A stretch of DNA of 64,000 nt from Ostrea edulis (Eukaryota), in assembly GCF_947568905.1 (NCBI RefSeq), contig NC_079172.1, positions 50,406,001 to 50,470,000 of the forward strand, read 5' to 3'. This document shows, in pieces, positions 1 through 13,300 of the stretch. Each line of letters opens with the position of its first letter. Position 1 is the first letter of the stretch. The position numbers and the translations under genes are program-made. The notes below the pieces were generated by a model. The model was not told where the DNA came from. It did not search any database and was given only the letters and a program-made list of their open reading frames with translations.

Positions 1-500
1 ATTTCCTTGTGACAGTTTTGTGTAATTACTGTTAAATGTTTGAATGCAAGTTGTCTATTGCGTAAATCCAGACACACTTGAGTCGAAACGTCGGTCGAAG
101 CATAAACCGTCACCAACTCCGGCATTTACACGTTTTCCAGAATCAAAACATGAATGCTTGCGAAGAGAAGTCGATGAAGGCTATGCCTCTCGACTTCTCT
201 ATAGAGAATAATGAAACATATATGTCTTATAGTGCTACAGACCTCCCCCTCATCATTCACTTCTTTTCAAAGTCAGGGTTACAGAAAAAACCAGAGTTTT
301 GAGGGGAATAACTACTGTTTTCTAGTGTAACCTGGTTGCGACATTACTCTTGTAACCCTGATTCTGAGTAGTTGTATCTTTACTACAGTAACCTTGTATT
401 CTAGTGTAACCTGATTACAAAATTGTCACTCTGGGAAAATGAGGGTTTAGCCAGATTGTGTCAAAACCCTGTGCTCCTTGGCCCATATCCATGTTATTAA

Positions 501-1092
501 ATTAGAAAGAACTATGAATTACAAGACTATTTGAAATTTCCAATTGCGAAAGTAGTACGCTCTAGATTAACAAAACTAAGAATATCTGCCCACCCTTTAG
601 AAATTGAAACTGGTAGATATTCAAAACCATGTATTCCAAAAGAATGTCGTTTTTGTCAGTTTTGTAAAACTACTGTTGAAGATGAGTTACATTTTTTATA
701 TGACTGCTTCATGTATAAAGATATAAGAAAGAAATATTACCCTTTGAACATCTACAATTCAGACGATGATATATCAAAGGAAAACCATTGTAAAGTACTA
801 TGCAATCCTGTCAATGTAGTTCATGCTAGAAGGTTTTGTGAATTTTTACATGAATGTTTTGAATTGCGCACCAAAAGTAGAGTGCTATAACTACATTTAA
901 TTTATGTAATATGCAATACTATATTGCATACATAGTCTAATATCACAGGTACATATCAAATATATACTTGTATTTACATATATGTAAATGAACTGTTAGT
1001 AATTAGTTTATTGCCATTATATATCTCATATTGTGTAACATGATTGTATGACAACATGCTTGGTGAATCAATAAATAATTGAATTGAATTGA
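501..1092 (+). mobile_element. 3' fragment of a non-LTR retrotransposon (L2/Crack/CR1-group LINE)
   Basis: ORF 531-890 contains the conserved LINE ORF2 C-terminal motif RLTKLRISAHPLEIETGRY...CRFCQFC...EDELHFLYDC. It is followed by AATAAA (1070-1075) and an (ATTGA)3 tail (1078-1092). 5' truncated. Confidence 0.85.
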
Positions 1093-2062
1093 AAGTTATA
1101 AATATTCCAGTATATGTGCATTCTGTATACCTATATACCTGTATCTTTCACACTCTTAAAAATCAGAATGTAAGATCCTGGTTCTGTTTAATTCATAAAT
1201 CCTTTTTCTGTTATCTCACGTCGTTTTAAAGACGACATGTAATATTATTTTTGTTTTTCGAGACCGCTTATAGCATTGATAAACTATTTCCGCTCAAATT
1301 AATTTACAAAACGTAAAAAGAATATTTAAATTCACATACGTATAATCGTAAAATTTCTTTAAAAACTTACAATTTTAGTATTAGTTACATTTACGCTAAA
1401 AATTCAATAGAAAATAGAATACTTTTGTGCAGATATTAGATATTCGTTTTGTTTCGAGAGATACCGTATTCTCAAAACTAGTATGCACTGTTTATGGTTA
1501 CAGCCAGGTGAAAACGTCGACTTTTGAGAAAATATTTAATTTTTTAATAATTATTCACGAAGCAATTGCTTCTAAGGTAAGGAAACACGAATATAAGATA
1601 ACTATTTATTTATAGATGAGATATGGTGTTTAATGTTTCTTCACTAAACTGGTTTGCTGGTAGGAAATTTGTGGTGTTTACTTGCTCTGACAAGTTCTTC
1701 ACACAGCGCAGAGAGGCCCTGAAGATAAATGACAAAAAATTGAAAATTTATCTGGTAAAGTGTGTCTTAATATCTCATTATATGAATGCTTGACTTATCA
1801 GTTTTTTCCCAACTGAGATCAATTACAATTCTAGATTTTAAAAAATCAAATTAGAGATCTATTTGTTCACTGCAGCACGGGTGCATACAATAACCGGAAT
1901 GACACTATAAAAACCGGAATGACGCCTTTATTATTATGTTTAAGTGTCAGTTGCACTGAAAATGATATATAAGAATATGTGGAGTAGTTTTAATAAAATA
2001 TTGAATCCATATAAAAATAACAGATATATTAGATTTAAAATGTGTGATAGGCACCCTGTGAA

Positions 2063-2625
2063 TTTTTATGCCCCCACCACAAAGTGGTTGGGGTTTTACC
2101 CTTCTCCATCCTTCCATAGACACTTAGTTTTCTGGACCTTTTTCTAAATGCCTTGAGATAGTGAATCGATTTTTATATGCAGGTGCATATTGATGAGTTA
2201 CAAATCAAGTTTGAGTTTTGTTCCAGTTCATTGATTTTTGATGGAGTTGTGTCCCTTTAGCGTAGAAAAATTACTGTCCTAATGCGACTCAGTTTTCCAG
2301 ACTTTTTTTTCTAAACACCTTGAGATATTGATTTGATTTTTTTAGTATTCAGGTGTGTATTGATGAATTACAGATCAAGTTTGAATTTTGTTCTAGTTAA
2401 TTGATTTTTTATGGAGTTGTGCACCTATTATGAAGTATGTATTTATTTTATGGCTGTTAAAACATGTAAAGGATTGTTGTGGAGTAAAATTCTTCTCATT
2501 GTACTCAATGCATGTGACATGCAGTCTGAATACCGCATTCAATGCTATACTTTGATGGATTAAATTTCCTACATTTGACTTTAATACAGGCGGGGGCATC
2601 CGTTTTGTGCTGACACATCTAGCTT
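2063..2625 (+). mobile_element. Non-autonomous Helentron/HINE-like element with ~170-bp internal repeat
   Basis: Starts in a T-run. Subterminal inverted motif ATGCCCCC (2068-2075) / GGGGGCAT (2592-2599). Ends ACACATCTAG+TT. An internal block is repeated at 170-bp spacing (caagtttga at 2206 and 2376). Confidence 0.6.
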
Positions 2626-3407
2626 TTATTTCTATTTGTTAATTAAACAAATTGATTTTTATTTCATTCCTGTTACAAATTGGAATCAAACTTAATAAGT
2701 TTTTAAATAATTTCATGAATAGCTATTTGCCAAGAAATAGACAAGCAAGAAACAAGGCATCTCTACAAACCAAGAGGTTTCCGTCCATTCTGCTCCCCAC
2801 AAGGACTCTTTAGGAGTACTGGCTTGTGAAAATGAAAACAAGGAAACGAAATTGAAATGAAACCAATCATTTGCAACTCATGATCAATCTAATTAAAATC
2901 AGATCCTATTATATGCTCGCAATAGCTACAATAGGATCTGACATAACCCCATAGGGGATTATACATCCACAGGAATTTTCGCTTGGAATATTCATGAGAA
3001 CTATCAGCCAGTCAGATTGTGCAATACAGACAATGATGGCTATTTAGGCAGTTCCCAACAATTTGTAAACGAGTTGCAGTAATACCTCCCCCACGAAGTT
3101 AATTCCACACTATGAAATTGTATGTAATCTCACATAAAGAATTTTAAACTTTCGCAACAATGCCTAATCTATTCCATTCATACAAACAACAAAATGTAAA
3201 ATATGAAATACACCCAAATTAAATTAATTTGTGAATTGCAATTTATGTACGAATATAAAGTTCACATAAACACACCCTTAGTCGGGTTACGTCAGATCTT
3301 TCGCAGAGTATACGGCACAGATTGAACTCGTGACCTTTATTCTTAGGCATTTATAAGTATCTTTTGTTTAATGCTGTCTACTGCAATTTGCACACAGACA
3401 TTGTAAA

Positions 3408-4268
3408 ATGGATGAAGTGGACTCACCTTTCCTACGAAAGAAGAAATCACAGCAGAAGCAGTCAGACAATCGCTTCCAATCAGAATTACAGATGAAACTT
3501 CAACAGCGCCGAAGTGATGGTTTAACATATGGTCTGACTAGTGAAGAAAGCGACAGCCTTGTGGATGATGATGATGGTGATAGTGATGAAGGTAGGCAGG
3601 TTTATATTGGACCTATATCTAATCTATATAATTCATTGAAATTAATGTCTGGTGATAGTATGGAAATCAACATGTGATGGTAGGATGAAAAGTAGTACCA
3701 ATGTGTATGTATGTATATATACAGGGATTTATCTAGCTTTTATATGTTATTACCCATTTCATATTTAAGGGGAATTTCAGAGAATTCAATCATGATCTTC
3801 CTCCAGGGGAGGGGAGGGGGACATTCTCAGATCATAATATCTAAAAATAGACACATCAATTGATTGATTACTGAATCTTGTCTATATTGCAAGAATTTGA
3901 TAATTATAGAAAAATACTTAGAATATACATGTATAAAATGATTTTTGTTAAAATTCCCATACATTTTAATGTAGTTTCTACATTTCAAGGGGAATTTTTA
4001 CCTGTGGAAGGGGAAATATTCATTTGTTTTCAGAGGGGGAAAGGTACCCTTTACCGGTAGTAAAAAGAATCTCAATAAATCCCTGGTATATATATATATA
4101 TATATAAAATCAAAAAATAAACTTTTATCTATTCTAGGTATCGGGATAGAATAAAGTCAAAAAATAAAATCCAATACTCAAACTTTTATCTATAGATAAA
4201 AGTTTGAGTATTGGATTTTATTTTTTTACTTTATTTTACCCCGATACCAAGAAAAAAGAATTTATTGA

Positions 4269-4321
<53 letters not shown>

Positions 4322-7300
4322 TGTATATATGTATATATACTAAAGCCAACTTTTTAAAGATGTCAGACATATGAAATCAACATCAGAAAATTGTGAATTT
4401 TTATTAAACAGCATGATAAAAATACATGAAAACTGGTTAGAATGACAAAGTTTTAGTTTCAACAGTTTCTGAAACTGATGCTTTATAAATATATAAAAAT
4501 TGATTTGCGGATATCAAGTAGTATAGATAATCAAGTATTTATAGAAAATATAAACCTTTTCCATATCAAATAATTATCAGATTTCTTATTATAACAAGTG
4601 AATAAAATTCCTCCAAATGATTCATTTCTATCATGCACAATGAAATAAAGATTTTGCAAAAATCTGTCATCACATGAGGATGGAGCTACCTTCCATGTCC
4701 ATGCATCCTTTGAATAACAACAAACGTCACATGATTTGGACATATTTGTATTGAGGAGCCCCCTCTACTATAAGTTTACTAAGTATGAGGAAAATTCACT
4801 GACTTTGTAGTATTACAACTCTCATTGCTTTCCATCTAGTTTTATTTTTTACATAATCTGCTGTCATTCATGTCAGAGCCATTTTGGACCAAGGAATGGT
4901 TTCTTTGGATGACATTCCTTTCTTTGGTTACTGAATACATTGGATAAGTGTATTTTTGCAGTGTGAACATTGCATGTGCTCTTGTTAGTTTCAAGAAATT
5001 GAATTCTTATATTTTTTTTATAGCAACAAATGAGCGATGAATGGTACATGTAAAACGGCATCAATAATGCTTCAATATCACGAAAATAAAAAAAAATTCT
5101 CATTTACAGTAAAGTTACACTAAACATTGAAGAATAGATATTCTTAGTCTATACTTTATATACTGTTTGTATGTTAGTGATGTAATTAAATTTGTATTTC
5201 ACAGAAATTCTTGCACAACACAGAAGAAATTTGTCTAACCGAAAACAAACAAACAGGCCAGGTTCTGCAAAAAGAAGAACTCCTACATTTCAAGACACTA
5301 ATGATATAAGTTTGGGTGATACTATTAGGCCTGGACAAAGTGGGAACAGGTTTATGAAACAGCAAGGACAGCAGCATCAAAATGAGAGTATTCCTGCCCT
5401 CAACACGAGCGGGAAAGGAAGAACCTCCCCAGGGATGCCGTCATTAACATCTCCCAAGCTTTCTCCAAAAGACAGCAGAAGTCTAACTGATGCTTTTGGT
5501 GGGAAAAGGTCACCAAGTCCCAAGTATGGAGCCCAACCCATGTCTCAAGAGGATATCATATTTGGCAGGAAGACTCCAACTAATGACCCAAGGTAAATCT
5601 GTTCTGTTGTTGTTTAAAAGCACAAATTTTCACATGGGGCATTTATTGGCCCAGTGAATTTGAAAAAATTCATAGTGGATGATTTTCAATTTTTGGCAAA
5701 TAAAGTGCTAGGAATGTGCAACATTGAGTACAGGTCTGTGATTATGTCCTAAGTTTTATTAGGAGTTTTTACATTATGACATCACAAATTAGATCATTAT
5801 AGCCATTTGTCAAATCTTCTCTCAATACATGCATGTACATGTATATAGGCAAATGGTAAAATAGTTTTCAGAATTTTGTATCTAGAGTACAACAGGCAGT
5901 CGGATATTTAGATATGCCTATTGTAAGAATTGTAATTTATACTTGATACAGAGCATCGAGAACTGCACTCATATCTAAATTCTTGTAATGTAATATCAAT
6001 ATTCAATTACCATAAAATTATGAACTTTACAATTTTCATGACCTAGCTGGCCTGGATTTCTCAAATGAAACTTAAGTCAAAACTTAAGTCTGAGATTTTG
6101 CTCAAATAAAAGAAAACTCATTGACAAACTTAAGTTTAAGATTTTTTTCGAGAAATCCAGGCCTGCTCTTCCATATATGAACTCCTGTGAAAAAATACTC
6201 CATAGGGAATATCTAATTTATATCTATAATTAAAATTTGGGACAAGTGGACATACATTTGAAATGGAAATTAACTATTATTTGCTATTTTAAACATATTA
6301 AATGTTTGCAAAAAATTTCAAAATATATTTTGAAATTCTGGTTCAAGTTTAAGAAGTTATGATAGTGCCTGTAACAGTTTTGTATATAGAGGGTGGGGGG
6401 GTATCCTGCCTTCCCTTTGGATGAAAATTTGTAACGAAAAAGTCATTTGTGTCATTTTGGTGTTTTCAACCCCCTCTCCTTGCGCAGAAAAGATATCTAG
6501 TGTTGCGCCCTCTATCTGTGAATATTTTCTGGATGCACCCTGGCTTGCTTGTATATACCTGTATGCATTCTGAATGTACAAGTTATCATAGTTATAAGAA
6601 AACATCTGGTTTCTGATATTTTAGTTTAATCAATTTGTGTGACTTTTCTCATTAACATATGAACATAGTACATGTTATTTATATTATTGTTAATTTCATG
6701 TGTAGACGTCAGAGTCCCACAGACAATAAGCCATGGCAGCCACCAAATTTTCGTAAAACCCCAGCCACAGAGCAGTTAGAAAACAGATCCCCATCTCCAG
6801 GTGAGTGAGGGCATCTTCCTCAGGAACAGATTTCTAAATTTATTTCTAAAAGAGAAAAATTTATATGAATTTCTTTATATTAAATTTATTTATCAACAAC
6901 ACAACAGGTTTACAAGGTAGGAGAACCCCATCTCAAGAGCCATTTCTCCAGAGTATAGATGAGAAGGAGAAGACACCAAGAAAGGGCAGGTTCCCGAGCC
7001 CTAAAGAACGCAGTCCCAAAGGTGGTCTACCCAGTCCAAAGGAACGATTCTCCAAATCAGACAGGAAATCACCAAAGTAGAGATATATTACACTAATCTT
7101 ATACCATAGTAGCGTGTATTAATATTCAATTCACTGATAAATTGTTATCAGTTTATAGTGTAACAGTTTACCATTAATCAATATAGTTTAAATGCATCTG
7201 TACTATCCCCCTAAACGATACTGGTGCCGGTGGCCTAGTGGTTCGGCTGTCAGACTCTCGACCGAAAGGTCGTGGGTTCAAGTCCTGGCCGCAGCAGGGC

Positions 7301-10300
7301 CGACGTGTCCTTGGGAAAGGCACTTCACACGAATTTCCTCACTCCACCCAAGTGTAAAAGGGGTACCTGGCTATAGACAGTGAAAGATATTGTTAGAATG
7401 TTAGTGCTCTAGCGCCTGTAATGGCAGCTTGAACTGTAAGCTTCCCAGGAGGCTGAGTAAGTTCTAGATTGATATAAGGTCTGCCGGGGTAATAATGTAT
7501 TGTAAAGCGCTTTGAGCAGCATATGCTGGAAAAGCGCTATAGACTGATCACTTCAATATCTTTCAGACCAGACTTCACTGCCCAACCTTGAAATAATCAG
7601 ATGTGTTTTATACACACATTGATCAAGTTTCATTCATCAGATCTGAGACTTCACTGCCCAACCTTGAAATAATCAGATGTGTTTTATACACACACTGATC
7701 AAGTTTCATTCATCAGATCTGAGACTTCACTGCCCAACCTTAAAGGAATCAGATGTATTTTGTGCAATGTCTTGCATTAAAGGGACATGGACACAATTTT
7801 GGTACCAAAAATTATTTCGATATTTCGTTAATAGTATGATAGTACCTTGTATTTGATTCGTGTAAAACATACCAACAAACCTATAAATTTCAAAAACTGA
7901 CACAAAAGTGTATTTCAGACATCTAAAGTTTTCATTTTCAAAACAAGACACAGGCCCTGTTTATCTTTGTATGTCATGTGACTCAACTACAAAGCTTCAG
8001 TGAAAAAATTTTTACAATGAAAATGTTTTCTTCTTTATTCTTTGTACTTGCTCTCTAAATTGATTTATCGTTAATGTATGATATAAGAAAATGAACTATA
8101 AACTGAATATTTGTTAAATTTATTTTTAAAAAACAATATGTAATAGGGGCCTCTCTATAGACGATTCTCCTCGACTGGATGATGTACCTAAAGCCCGACC
8201 AAGACACAAGACCGACATATTTGGGAAAACAGACCCGGTAGATGTGGATCTGGAGACGGATTCCCCGTCTGTTAGCAGATTTCACAGGGGGGCTCCAGGT
8301 GGCAGAAAATCCCCCTCACAAGTAAGACATGATGATAAGAGTGCTGCTCAAAGAAAATATTTACATCCCCAATGTTTTTGTCTTTGATATCTTTACAAAT
8401 TGTAATGTTATCCTTGTGCATTTCCTCGTGAATGTGCTGCAGTTGTAAACAATGCACATATGATTCTTGATAAATAAGTGAAGTACGTCTATTTTAATGA
8501 CTGGGAATTTTAACAGAAATTAAAGTAGAATGTAAATATAAGAACAAATCTCACGAGCATACAGTGCAACACTTCATGCCGGCATACTTTTCATTAAGCA
8601 CCATTGTGTTACAGGAAGTGTGCTGTGAAATGTTGCCATTCATACTCTCATGTGTTTTCAAAAACGAATTTTATTTCGTAAGCATATCTTGTTACAAATG
8701 AGTAGATTCCTAATTATGGCTTCAAACCCAATGCTTTTTAGCTCACCTTACTAATGTGAGCTCTTCTAATCAAAAATTTTCTGCTCAACCATTTGGCCCT
8801 CAGATTTAAACATTCTTCTATTTCTATGAATTCAGCTAATTTCCAATTTGATAAGTTGAAGATTTTTCACACTTTCTTTAAAGTTATAATAGCTCTCAAT
8901 CTGAAAATTTTATTTTGTTATAAAAATGTGCTATTACAATAGTTTTGTATGTAACATTAATCATAGTCATAAATCAAAATTAAGTTTAAGATTTTATCAA
9001 AATAAAGATTTAGGTTTTATTGAATATATAGCATTATAAAGAAATCAATTTTTGTATGGGAAGACAATAATGTAATTTTACTTCATTCAGAGCCTCTGGA
9101 TAGGTTTATTAACACAAATATTATTGTGGATTTACAGTAAGTGTGAACGAAACATATCAGCAAGTACATGACCTGCTCCAGATATAGTTCATTGGAAAGT
9201 CCCCGAGTGATTTTAAAGAGCTCTTTTGATTGGTCGATTAAATTATAGGTAGGCGTTCCTAAGTATTTGGCATTATATTATCTCGTGCTTAACAAGTGTA
9301 AGTTTCACTATTTGATTTCGATGTAAGTTGCACCATACGTAACATGAGATTCAATATCGGTTTTGATTTGACATAAAGTGAAAGTAATGGGATATCTTAT
9401 AAAGAAAAAAATATAAGATGTCTTATAAAAGATACAAGATATCTTGTAAACTTTAGAAGATATAACTTTTATCAGATACCTTATAAATTTTATCTTTTAA
9501 ACAGGAATAAGTGTGCCATACTTATAATCCATCGCAGTATTGATAGGTATGGGAGGGGGCATGAAAGGAATTTGAAATAAAAAGGCGGGATACAGGGTTA
9601 AAAAGGCAGGCTCCGATATGTAAAGAAAAGACAGGATAGCAGTATCCCAGAATTCAAATAGTGTTGAATATTTGGGGGGGGGGGACTGGATCGAAAATGC
9701 TGCGAGAAAAGACAGGATCCACAGTTGCCTCTATATCCCAATAAAAATTGAAAGGATACTCCCTTAAATTCCTGTAGATACTTGTCAGTTTTAAGTGATC
9801 AGAAATTTCAGTACATGTTTCTATAGGCAATTTTGTCCGTTTAAGAACAATGCTTTTGTTTTGTTGAGACAACATTCGCAGTTTCCATATCATTATTTTT
9901 AAATAAATCTCTCAGAGGATATTTTCGAAATCTTACAAAGCATTGGATAAGGGCGAGATCAAAAGATTGATGTCAGAAAAATTTCTAAATTCAAATAGTT
10001 AGGGGGAAGAGGGGTTAAAAACTGGTAAGTTTCTGTCATCCGACATCGATTACACTTTAGTGGGAAAAAAAGACAACTGACTTTAAAACCACATAATAAT
10101 ACATTTTAATAAACATTTTATAGTTTCAATGTACACTTTCATTTGTTTTACTTGTTAATCAATTAGTTTCAACATACTTCATATTTAGTTTTGTATTGGG
10201 GGGGGGGGGGGGGGTGTGTCTTGGTGAGAACTATGCGACTTCAGTTTTCTCAAACATTGAACATTTGATCTCGCCCCTAAAATAATTTGACAGATTAAGT

Positions 10301-13300
10301 AATATGATCAATAGATATTCTACTTGGAGAAAACATTTATTTTCAACACATGGCAATTGGATGCTTTGATGTCTTTTATTATTATATATACCCACATTTT
10401 CATAAGAAATTCGGAAGTAACCATCGATCGCTAGATACTGTTAATTGAATGAACAACTGCAAGTTCTGTGAATTCTAGCAAAACCTATATTCCCCAAACC
10501 ATCCCTTTCCTGTAACACATTTGATATTAAAGAAATTCAGCATTTCGTTAGCATTAGACGCGCCTTCTATAACGTCATAATAAACCACAGCAAAGGTTGA
10601 TTGTTAGTGTTGCGTTACTGGCGTACCTTTGAACCTATATCGCTGGTCCACCCCTAACTGCATGTCCATGATTGCGATTACCCGTTGTACGAATGACACT
10701 CGCTTCGTCTAAAAAATATATACAGTATATAAATATAGATATATATAACTGACTCGGCCTAAATTGTAATAAAATCAGTAGCAAAGAAGTATTCCAAAAC
10801 TTCGTTCGTGTTCAGACCACAGGGGCTCGTCATGAATTGACCCTCTCTATTCTATATTTACATTTATTTGTAAATATAGAATAGACGATGTCAAATTTTA
10901 AAAAGACAAAAATTTCGTGACGAGCCCCTGTGTTCAGATGAAATATGCTTCTCTTGGGTTTTGTTTGCAGTTTCTTAAAGTCGTTTCCCAAAAAATTTCT
11001 TGCAGCTCTACAAATTAAAGACACCGATGGTACATTGTCAGGGGTACAAATATTTCTTCTTAATAAATTTTGTCTGATTTCTCTATTAGATACACTTGAT
11101 TTCTTTTTAATTTCATACTCGATAAACAGAAGTACATCCGGTGTGAGCTTCGTTGGCGACACTTTCAGTGCAAGAGTTCCATGATTGACAATTTTATAAC
11201 GTGGCCTTTGTGACGCCTAATTTCTTACTGATTTTACCATAAAATAAACTCTCGGCATGTAATTTTAAAATCAACGTCATTGTTTTAGTTGGTATTGGTT
11301 TTCCCTTTTCGCAGAGTCTCTTCCATTGTGCTAAAAGATTATGCAATGACACATTAGTGTAAAGACACGTATGCCCATCTAAAATTATTTTTATTCCCGC
11401 CCCTTAAAATATTGGTCCAATCGCAGTGATTGCTCTTTCCTTGATGCATCATCATTGACAGATTTGTTTTGAAATCAACTATCCCAGACGGAGAATGAAC
11501 TTGAGAAGCTGAGTCGTTCACACTTAATGTAAATTCACAGTAATATTATTTTCAACAAAAGTTTATAAACCTTATTTTTTCTCTCATTGAAATAGTAAAT
11601 CACAATTTTGCAACAAAAATTTTCGACACTAAAAATGAGAGCTAATATTACTTTAAAAATTGTCAAAAGTGTCATCTTTTAGGCAGTTTATCACCTTGAA
11701 ATTATAAGCATAATCTTGTGGGGAAAATATTCGTGATATTTGTGCAAAAATTTGTTGCCTCAAACCTGTCACAATGTTTATGCATAAATTGTATATGTTG
11801 GCAAATTGAATTCACAAATGCAATCATGTTTTGTTTTTTCTTGATGTAAATTCTTTCATCATACATGCATAAAATCAGTTGCCATTGAACGTTGGTCTAC
11901 AACATGCATGTATTATTGTACATAATTTATGTATATATTTTAATTCCAGATTGGGAGAAAAACTCCAACAAATTTAGATGACAGGAAAACTCCAACAAAC
12001 TTTGATGGTAGGAAGACTCCAACAAACTTCGATGGCAGGAAGACTCCAACAAAATTTGATGGCAGGAAGACTCCAACAAAATTAGATGGAAGAAAAACAC
12101 CAACAGATAGAGATTCTTACAGAAATCATGAGAGAGAGACAAAACCACAACCCACAAGGAACACATCACTTCTGGATATGCTCAACGACGATTTCGATTC
12201 CTCAAAAAGTAAAAAGAAAGAAGAACGGAAACCAAAACTATTGTCACAGACCCCCCAAGAACCTCAAGAGAGGGAGGATAGTATTAGGGATGATATTCTA
12301 GGGGATAAAATAAACAGGGCCAAGCACAGACAGACCAAATCAGCCAATCTGGACAATAGAGACATTGGAAATAGAGACACCATGACTGCAGGAAAGAAAA
12401 GGACGGACAAGGAGAAAATGATACCTGATGATAGTTCATTGTGTGAAGAGTTTGACAAAGATCCTCTGGGAAGGTCGTTTACTGAACCAGAAAAACAAGC
12501 TAAGCAAGTGTCACTTTCTGTTTCTAATGTAGATAGTGATTGGACAATTTGTCTCTCTCTGTTTCTATTGTAGATTGTGATTGGACAATTTGTCTCTCTC
12601 TGTTTCTATTGTAGATAGTGATTGGACAATTTGTCTCTCTCTCTGTTTCTATTGTAGATAGTGATTGGACAATTTGTCACTCTCTGTTTCTAATGTAGAT
12701 AGTGATTGGACAATTTGTCTCTCTCTGTTTCTAATGTAGATAGTAATTGGACAATTTGTCGCTCTCTGTTTCTAATGTAGATAGTGGTTGGACAATTTGT
12801 CACTTTTTGATTCTAATGTAGATAGTGACTGGACAATTTGTCACTCTATGTTTCTAATGTAGATAGTGATTGGACAATTTGTCTCTCTCTGTTTCTATTG
12901 TAGATAGTGACTGGACAATTTGTCACTCTCTGTTTCTATTGTAGATAGTGACTGGACAATTTGTCACTCTCTGTTTCTATTGTAGGTAGTGATTGGACAA
13001 TTTGTCACTCTCTGTTTCTAATGTAGATAGTGATTGGACAATTCGTCACTCTCTGTTTCTTATGTAGATAGTGATTGGACAATTCGTCACTCTCTGTTTC
13101 TTATGTAGATAGTGATTAGACAATTTGTCTCTCTCTCTGTTTCTAATGTAGATAGTGATTGGACAATTTGTCACTCTGTTTCGAATGTAGATAGTGATTG
13201 GACAATTTGTCACTCTCTGTTTCTAATGTAGATAGTGATTGGACAAGCTAAATCCTACATATATTTTAAAGTACATTCAAACAAGATACATCTAAATCTA

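Noticed and set aside
78-302. Short ORFs in the track such as 78-302 and most other 60-110 aa calls
   Set aside because: No recognisable motifs, many use non-ATG starts, and they are antisense to or off-frame from real exons; expected by chance.
1560-1582. Possible 5' UTR exon donor (AAG|GTAAGG) or RFX X-box for the MAP9-like gene
   Set aside because: The motif spacing does not fit the X-box consensus, and the exon is unsupported without cDNA.
7223-7300. Possible tRNA gene
   Set aside because: A and B boxes are present but the sequence runs into a SINE core and LINE-like tail without a proper acceptor stem or T-run terminator.
7776-8000. TTAAAGGGACATGG Kolobok-like left end
   Set aside because: No matching right TIR or TTAA found, so boundaries cannot be defined.
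12507-13247. CRISPR-like regular repeats here and at other arrays (19400, 49068, 59409)
   Set aside because: The units are head-to-tail with no unique spacers, the context is eukaryotic introns, and no cas genes are present.
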